A stretch of DNA of 64,000 nucleotides from a virus (Duplodnaviria; Caudoviricetes): the IMG/VR virus record IMGVR_UViG_3300037067_026422. One strand, 5' to 3'. The notes beneath the pieces are model-generated. The model saw only the letters and a program-made list of their open reading frames with translations. It was not told the origin of the DNA and searched no databases. A program made the translations under genes and the position numbers. Positions 57,668 to 64,000 of the stretch are shown piece after piece (the stretch's first letter is position 1; each line of letters starts with the position of its first letter).

Positions 57668-60163
57668 TTAACCACTATACGTAGATTCATTCTGATTTGA
57701 CTCTCTTACACAAGTATCTGCCATACCCAGAGGCACATCCATAAGCATCTTTACAGCCCCCTCTATACTACCTATGGAAGCCAATCCCTCAACAGTTCTG
57801 TCCGTATTGTAAATATCAGGGTTACCCTGCTCATTTTGTTGCATTTTCTGATCAGAATTCAAATCCCTGGCTTTATTCACCTTATCTTGATATTTGGATA
57901 CAGTTACTTCTTTATCCTCATTTATATAAGTAGAATCGTTAACGACGTTACCAGAAATATCCTGATTAGCCTCACTGCTGATCCCTGTAGCAGTCTCATC
58001 CCTTATACCACAGCTATTTAACAAGCTGTCTACACTCATGTCTGTACGATCTATAAAATTAGTAGTATCCCTCATTTGACCATCTTTAGTCAAAACAAGA
58101 TTAGCACCATAAGGAAAAGCCCCCATATGCCTATATCCGAGTTTATCCGTATATGGTACAGTAGCATCAGTCATCATTACCAGTTCATTAGCACTATAAG
58201 CCGCCTCATCCCCCGCATTTGTTATCTGCTCGGATGTCCTTTGCTTTATCACAGCTCGATCGATTTTCCAAAGCCCCAACAAACCTGGACCATCAAACAC
58301 ACCATTCTGAGTTGCGATTATCTGTTTACCGAGTTCATTAGAGAATTTATCCAAATCCTTATAGTTATACTTTTGACTTACTTCAGTCCCTGTTTTTAAT
58401 AAGTCACTAGCCTTTGATAATCCTTCTATTCTCTCTTTTAATTTTTCAATATCCGGTTTTGTTGTATTTAATTCATCTGCTATTTCTTTTTCATTATTTC
58501 GCATAACACAGGAATATAAGACATCCCCCACCTGAGAATCTATCAAACCTGTCCTACCATCTTCGAATATTTTTTCTCGTCTGAACTGGAGAGTCAGATC
58601 AGTAGTAGCAGAAGACCCAAATGAAAAACTGTGACTTATACCAGTCACATAATAAAAGGTATCTATGTGCTCTAAATAAACCGGATATCCCAAACGAAGC
58701 TCAGGTCTTAACGGGATAGAAACACTACCCGTATAAGCCTGACCATTTCTTCTGTTCATCTCAGCCACCGCTATCATCTTTAGCTGCTTACCATTCATTC
58801 CATACGGAACATTAATCTGATCAGATCTTATACCGTATCTTCTTATAGAATCAAAGTCAGCATGAAATCCTACAGCTTCAAGAGACGATAAAGACTGATA
58901 CATAGGACCCGTTACGGTCAGATAATTAACAATAGCATTCGAGTCAAACGAAGCATTAAAATTTATAACTTCTTCTGGTCCTACCCTATAATACTTAACA
59001 TTACCGGAAGCAACATCAAGATTATAAAAGGGAGGCTTAAAAACTATTGCCCCATTCGTATCTACAAAAAATTCCATAAAAACTTTTTCACAAATAGTCG
59101 TAGCTATTTCAAGCTTAGAAAACACTGTAGGTTCTGTACCCTGTCCAAATAAATCAAATAGACCATACGGCTGCACCCTTGCCAGTAATCCAAAATCTAA
59201 ATCTATATCAGCCCGCCTATCTGCCTGCTCTCCATACATACCGGATTTTTTATCCAGAAAATTGAGCATTTTATTCTTGATAGTATCAAATTTTATAGGC
59301 CCCTTAAGACCATACATCTGCAGGGGGATTTTCTCAAGCTGATCTGCTATCAGAGCCGGATCGCTATTTTTAGAAACACCCATACCAAATCTTTGATTCC
59401 AATAATCTATGACAAGTGATGACATAGGACCAAAGGTGTCTCTCGTAGGTATGACTGAAACAGGAAGATTGGCACTTTTTGACCATTTAGGATACACAAA
59501 GTTATAATAGGCTTCTGCACCACTATCAAGATGCTGAACAAAAAATGAATCTGTAAACATGGCATAAATAATTTCCCATGCTGACATCTTTTCAAAAACA
59601 GAGGGAAATCTGTTCATTACCGCCCCACCAAAAAACGAATCAGTAGCACTGGGATTAACGGTGATCCTCTGATATTTCCACCATGCCAGAAAATCTTCAC
59701 AAGTCACCGTTATATTAAAATTACCCCCGGAATAATTTTCCTGGATACCTGTAATCATCCCCCAAAAAACAGGATAATATCTCGGGACATAATTAAACTC
59801 CTGTTCAAGATATCTGCCTTTCATATATACCTTGACTTCCATCATAGGTGTAAAAAAAGGCACCCGAGTCCCATTGGGCATCGACACATAGTAATCCTCA
59901 TGAAGACCCTTATACATTGGAGCAGTAATCTCTATTGTCGCCCGTGATGCCCCAGGAGGAGATATAGCACAGCTTACATTAACACTAACTATTCCCCCTC
60001 TAATATCTATATCCTGAGTAGAGGTAGCCTCTAATGGGGACAATACTCTAGATGCCAGTGCTCCATTTATGACCACAAAAGTATCTGGAGCCAATTTTAA
60101 AACATTTCTTCTATAACTGAACTCTTTTAGTGTAAACAAACCCGATCTTACTGTAGCCATCAT
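57668..60163 (-). CDS. Baseplate hub (gp27/gpD-like) protein
   Basis: EVKVYMKG..PVFWG.I, EFFVD.NG.IVFKPPFYN, YGIR, GSVSIPLRPELRLGYPV, YYVTGISHSF. Confidence 0.8.
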   Translation of the reverse strand: MMATVRSGLFTLKEFSYRRNVLKLAPDTFVVINGALASRVLSPLEATSTQDIDIRGGIVSVNVSCAISPPGASRATIEITAPMYKGLHEDYYVSMPNGTRVPFFTPMMEVKVYMKGRYLEQEFNYVPRYYPVFWGMITGIQENYSGGNFNITVTCEDFLAWWKYQRITVNPSATDSFFGGAVMNRFPSVFEKMSAWEIIYAMFTDSFFVQHLDSGAEAYYNFVYPKWSKSANLPVSVIPTRDTFGPMSSLVIDYWNQRFGMGVSKNSDPALIADQLEKIPLQMYGLKGPIKFDTIKNKMLNFLDKKSGMYGEQADRRADIDLDFGLLARVQPYGLFDLFGQGTEPTVFSKLEIATTICEKVFMEFFVDTNGAIVFKPPFYNLDVASGNVKYYRVGPEEVINFNASFDSNAIVNYLTVTGPMYQSLSSLEAVGFHADFDSIRRYGIRSDQINVPYGMNGKQLKMIAVAEMNRRNGQAYTGSVSIPLRPELRLGYPVYLEHIDTFYYVTGISHSFSFGSSATTDLTLQFRREKIFEDGRTGLIDSQVGDVLYSCVMRNNEKEIADELNTTKPDIEKLKERIEGLSKASDLLKTGTEVSQKYNYKDLDKFSNELGKQIIATQNGVFDGPGLLGLWKIDRAVIKQRTSEQITNAGDEAAYSANELVMMTDATVPYTDKLGYRHMGAFPYGANLVLTKDGQMRDTTNFIDRTDMSVDSLLNSCGIRDETATGISSEANQDISGNVVNDSTYINEDKEVTVSKYQDKVNKARDLNSDQKMQQNEQGNPDIYNTDRTVEGLASIGSIEGAVKMLMDVPLGMADTCVRESNQNESTYSG

Positions 60164-60169
60164 TTATTC

Positions 60170-61570
60170 CTATAATGAATATTTTCTTGGTTCATGCTTG
60201 TTTACCAAAGTCTTAAAATCGGAATATTCCGGGATATCCGCTAAAGAATGCAGTTTATTCCACATAGCATCCAAAATTGGAGAGCATTCTATCCTTTGAC
60301 AATCAACATAATCTGGATTGGTTCCTACTATCTTTTTAACTTCAAAGTCACAGTGCTGGGGGTAGGCACCACCATCAGTACCCTCCCTACCAATTCTTTC
60401 CCCTACTACAACATAATCACCAGGATTTAAACTTATACTATCTGTATTCAGATGATAGTATCTGACGTATATAGGCGTACCTCCCCAATCAGACTTTACT
60501 ATTATGTAATTGGAACCCCCCTTTACATAACTTTTTCTTACTTTATAAACCTCACCCTCTGTGGCTGCATAAACATATCCGGTATGCGTTCTAAAATCGC
60601 ACTTTCCCCCATGAGTCTCCCCGTCTATCCACCCACGAGTTACCTTGAATACCCCCTCTGGAATAGCCACTACAGAAGTCTCTCCAGATTTTGAATAATA
60701 ATCAAGTTCTTCCCTTAACTCATCAATCTTATAGTCATATAGAGAAGGTTCAGGAATAGAATCCGGAGGAAAATATTTATTATTTTCTTCAGCATCCAAC
60801 CCAATAACAGTCTTAAAACCTATATTAAATCCTTGTATCGCTACTTTTACTTCATTATCACTTTTATTATTATCTCTTGAAAGATGACCATCAACACCTT
60901 GAAGATCGGTACCAAAACTGGAAACGACAAATTCAAAACTATACTCCATATTATAAGGCTTTTCAGCTACATCATTCAAAGTTAGTGTATCAAAAGAGCC
61001 TATATAAGTAGAACCATCATATTCAATCTTTATACAATCCATTACACTGATTACTCTGCTGGTTCCGTCTTTAAAAAGTGAAGGATTGGTGACCCCATTC
61101 AAAAAATACCATCCATTATTCTTGAACATAGCCACCACATCAAAGATGTTAATAAAACTTGGAGACTTTCTTCTACTGTAATTCGTGACCCCACCCCGGG
61201 ATCCATCATAGAAATAAAAACCAGATGAGACTCCGGAAGCAGACAAGGTAGCCTGTTGATTACCCCATGCAGTATTTACCCACCCACGACGAGTATATGC
61301 ACTATTAAAGACATGGAGCTGCCCTATTGCTAAATCCTTAGGGTTAACATAAAGAATAAGTTTTGAAACATCCTTATCTGTTGCAACATTATAAATAGAA
61401 ATAGAAAACTCTTTATAGTCCGTAGGTATCTTTGCAGCAGTCTTATAGTTGCTGGTATCCCTTACGAGTATCCCATCTTGCACTGTGTTAAAAAATAACG
61501 CCCCACCCTGATTAGCAAACAAGTTATCAAGGACATCAAGGGTATTATTATAAAGTTCGGGTTTTATCAT
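60170..61570 (-). CDS. Tail tube-initiator-like domain fused to M23-like peptidase
   Basis: N-terminal LYVNP...T..GWV..AWG...Y.G.F....YSFEF; C-terminal H.G..DF, VYAATEGEV, RYYHL, GDYV..GE.IG..G. Confidence 0.7.
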   Translation of the reverse strand: MIKPELYNNTLDVLDNLFANQGGALFFNTVQDGILVRDTSNYKTAAKIPTDYKEFSISIYNVATDKDVSKLILYVNPKDLAIGQLHVFNSAYTRRGWVNTAWGNQQATLSASGVSSGFYFYDGSRGGVTNYSRRKSPSFINIFDVVAMFKNNGWYFLNGVTNPSLFKDGTSRVISVMDCIKIEYDGSTYIGSFDTLTLNDVAEKPYNMEYSFEFVVSSFGTDLQGVDGHLSRDNNKSDNEVKVAIQGFNIGFKTVIGLDAEENNKYFPPDSIPEPSLYDYKIDELREELDYYSKSGETSVVAIPEGVFKVTRGWIDGETHGGKCDFRTHTGYVYAATEGEVYKVRKSYVKGGSNYIIVKSDWGGTPIYVRYYHLNTDSISLNPGDYVVVGERIGREGTDGGAYPQHCDFEVKKIVGTNPDYVDCQRIECSPILDAMWNKLHSLADIPEYSDFKTLVNKHEPRKYSL

Positions 61571-62415
61571 ATATTAACCGTCCATATAGTCTTTTCTGCT
61601 TTGAACACTGCACTATATATAAATCTAAAAGGAGTAACGGAATCCTCAGTAATATCAAAAGACTCAAAATACCCAAGAAGAGTCAGATAATCAAAACTGA
61701 TTCTATTATACAAACGTTCACGGATCATTCCATGTCTTGGGTGATTATTTCTGAATTGAGGGTTCTGCAACAGATATCTATTTACCATCGCATAATCAAA
61801 AGTTTCTGCATCGGTAGAAGGACTACTTGACATCGAAAATCCATTAGGTTCCTGATATAAGTATCCATTAGTTCTGTATATATCCACCAGTGCTTTTAGA
61901 TATTTATAAGACTCTGTAAAATTTCTATTAGCTACAGATAAACCTGTAGGATTACCGTTATTAAGAGTCGCACAAAAAGAATATGTAGATCCGGAAAAAT
62001 TGATATTATCAATTTCATCCCCCCAATGCTCCTCTACCCATCTTGTCATAGTATTATACCGGTTAATTATCTTTGATGAGCTTATCACCAAAGAGTCAGG
62101 ATTTGGGGCTAATTTTAAAGCATTTACTCTCGATCCATCCTGGAATTCTACTAATACTGCTTTTCTACTGGAGTCTACCATATCCAATATCATTGAATTT
62201 TCATTGGGGATTCGTCTAACATAAGGGGGACGAATCTCTACAACAGATGATCTATCCGTAGGATTATAGCATATCTTCCAGTTCTGGGTAGGTCCCAAAA
62301 CCAATATAGGCTCAACCCCATTTTCTTCGTAAGTCTCATTAAGAGTCAAAGACATAATATATTTTTCAAAGAAAGCCGGAGTTATATTGGAAACTGTTAC
62401 ACCTTCGTCAGCCAT
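61567..62415 (-). CDS. Tail tube-initiator-like protein (paralog of the N-terminus of 60170-61570)
   Basis: LAPNPDSL...T..WVEEHWGDE...FSG...GYFESF.I.E....PF.F.YS. Confidence 0.65.
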   Translation of the reverse strand: MADEGVTVSNITPAFFEKYIMSLTLNETYEENGVEPILVLGPTQNWKICYNPTDRSSVVEIRPPYVRRIPNENSMILDMVDSSRKAVLVEFQDGSRVNALKLAPNPDSLVISSSKIINRYNTMTRWVEEHWGDEIDNINFSGSTYSFCATLNNGNPTGLSVANRNFTESYKYLKALVDIYRTNGYLYQEPNGFSMSSSPSTDAETFDYAMVNRYLLQNPQFRNNHPRHGMIRERLYNRISFDYLTLLGYFESFDITEDSVTPFRFIYSAVFKAEKTIWTVNI

Positions 62416-62423
62416 ATTTCAAT

Positions 62424-63974
62424 CTATCTTCTTTTTTGTTTATCGAAATATAATCTTTCAAAAGCCTGCTCTATGGCAGGCTTTATACTCTTCAAGAATT
62501 CTTCTGGGTTACCATTCACAGAACCTATAGAAATAGTCACAGGAATAGAAGGTGCCTGAGCCATACCTCCTGTATCAAAAGCTCTGGATCTCATCATATC
62601 CGGTAAAACCTGACCAGAAAAAGCTCCAAGATCCCCCCCAATTCCCCTCGACATACTCTTTGCATTTACTACTACATCCCCTCTGCTTAAAAGGGCATAC
62701 CCACCAGTAGATGCCTTGTAATCCTTTTTTTGCTTCAATTCCTCTGATGATATAGGAGATATATCACCATACTGCTGCTTATATGCCCCCATTACATCTC
62801 TGGCTTCTGCACCCCTATTACTTTCAGAATACTCTTTATAGAGACCAACTGTTTTACTGTGCTCCGCAGCAGCTGCTTTAGATCTTTTTAAAGCTTCAGG
62901 TGCCAGCTCAGAAGTTAAATAGGAATAATCCCCCGCCTTACTCTTTATATCCTTATTAACTTTGTCTAACTTTTTCTGAATATCTTCTCTCTTCTTTGCA
63001 TCATTTTTATTTGTTGTATTAAGCTCATCGGTTAAAATTAGCTGCTTAGCCATAAGATTAGGAAGAGTCTTTTTATAAGTCTCAGTATCTCTGAACTCCT
63101 CCTCAGTTTTAGCTACTTTATCACCCTTAGCTATCTTTTGAACAAAATGAAGAATAGATGCAGTGCTTCTAGCAGTCGCTATAGCAGCATCAGCCATAGT
63201 CCGCTGAAGATCATTACTTGCCAAGAAATACTCTGCATTTTCTTTATTGATTCCAATGAAATCTTCAATAGTATGAGTGTTCTTAACAAGATCATCCAGC
63301 CTCTTTGCCTGATCCTCACCTGTTTCACCAGAAATAATCTCAACATTTTTCATACCACTCAGGGTAGTATCCTCTATATCTTTACGAGCAGATTCATACC
63401 CCTCATTCATAAGCTTTTGTACAGCTACAGGCATCTTTTCCAAATTGCGCATTATCAAACTTATATCAATCTTTAAATCATTAGCAGCAACATACTTTTC
63501 AAGTGCTTCTCGGGTTTCTTTAATATTTATCTGATTATCAGCCATATCAGTGTTGATTATTTCAGCTATACCCCCCGCTTTACCACTTGCAGTAAGATAA
63601 TCAGAAGTAGCTTTTAACTCCTGATTCATAGCATTGATATTTTCCTTAGAAGTATATATGACACCCATCATTTTTTTTGTGGCATCATCTGATAATTTTA
63701 ATATAGTCTTCATGTACTCTTCAACCGCTCTCTTGTCCCCTTCCTTAGGGCTGAATATATCCAGACCACTTTCATCTCTCATATTCTTGAATAAAAGAGC
63801 AGTCTTCTCTAAAACTTTATCAGACATCATGTCCAAACCTAATGCCATGTCCATTATGCCCCCCTTAGAGTATTCTCTAGCAAGAGCAAAACTCTTCCGG
63901 GCATTGGAAACCTGTTCCTCTTCAGCAGCAATCTGATTCTTTATACCCTCAACAATTTTATCATCCCCAGACAA
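62424..63974 (-). CDS. Tape-measure protein, C-terminal portion
   Basis: Long helical K/E/A-rich sequence ending in G.A.L..GDVVV and VTISIG..NG, directly upstream of tube-initiator/hub/spike genes. The TTG start is probably not the true start. Confidence 0.7.
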   Translation of the reverse strand: MSGDDKIVEGIKNQIAAEEEQVSNARKSFALAREYSKGGIMDMALGLDMMSDKVLEKTALLFKNMRDESGLDIFSPKEGDKRAVEEYMKTILKLSDDATKKMMGVIYTSKENINAMNQELKATSDYLTASGKAGGIAEIINTDMADNQINIKETREALEKYVAANDLKIDISLIMRNLEKMPVAVQKLMNEGYESARKDIEDTTLSGMKNVEIISGETGEDQAKRLDDLVKNTHTIEDFIGINKENAEYFLASNDLQRTMADAAIATARSTASILHFVQKIAKGDKVAKTEEEFRDTETYKKTLPNLMAKQLILTDELNTTNKNDAKKREDIQKKLDKVNKDIKSKAGDYSYLTSELAPEALKRSKAAAAEHSKTVGLYKEYSESNRGAEARDVMGAYKQQYGDISPISSEELKQKKDYKASTGGYALLSRGDVVVNAKSMSRGIGGDLGAFSGQVLPDMMRSRAFDTGGMAQAPSIPVTISIGSVNGNPEEFLKSIKPAIEQAFERLYFDKQKRR

Positions 63975-64000
63975 CTAAGATGTCTCAGATTCTATCCGTA

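Noticed and set aside
2181-63936. Numerous plus-strand ORFs of 60-156 aa and short nested minus-strand ORFs in the track
   Set aside because: All are antisense or out-of-frame shadows of long, motif-bearing minus-strand genes and have no recognisable domains.
1-64000. Genome-wide TAG recoding (code 15)
   Set aside because: Genes are full length in code 11, and several end at TAG immediately before the next gene (e.g. 6368, 60170, 62424).
37466-64000. Extracellular contractile injection system or tailocin rather than phage
   Set aside because: The tail genes are contiguous and co-oriented with a phage-type replication module carrying inteins; no bacterial housekeeping genes are present.
1-64000. 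tRNA, rRNA or rho-independent terminators
   Set aside because: Intergenic gaps are short and AT-rich; I saw no cloverleaf or convincing GC-rich hairpin with a U tract.

Overview
This window is about 64 kb of a large (jumbo-type) contractile-tailed dsDNA bacteriophage genome. It is AT-rich and uses the standard genetic code, and all credible genes lie on the minus strand. Reading in the direction of transcription (right to left), it starts with a tail/baseplate module: tape-measure C-terminus, two tube-initiator-like paralogs (one fused to an M23-like peptidase), hub, gp5-like spike, a giant ~3,380-aa protein split by a 1-nt frameshift, gp25-like and baseplate-J-like wedge proteins. Next comes a block of fibre/adhesin-like genes with PKD, FN3, beta-propeller and collagen-like modules, showing recent DNA-level shuffling. 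A 265-bp regulatory gap follows, then a replication module: SNF2 helicase with an intein, degenerate DnaC-like protein, DnaB-like helicase, stand-alone primase zinc finger, and a family A DNA polymerase with an intein. The polymerase is missing from the ORF track because it runs off the window. The most striking observation is a type I-E-like CRISPR repeat-spacer-repeat unit (1090-1177). It sits in frame and in the sense orientation inside the degenerate LAGLIDADG endonuclease of the polymerase intein, with no cas genes in the window.
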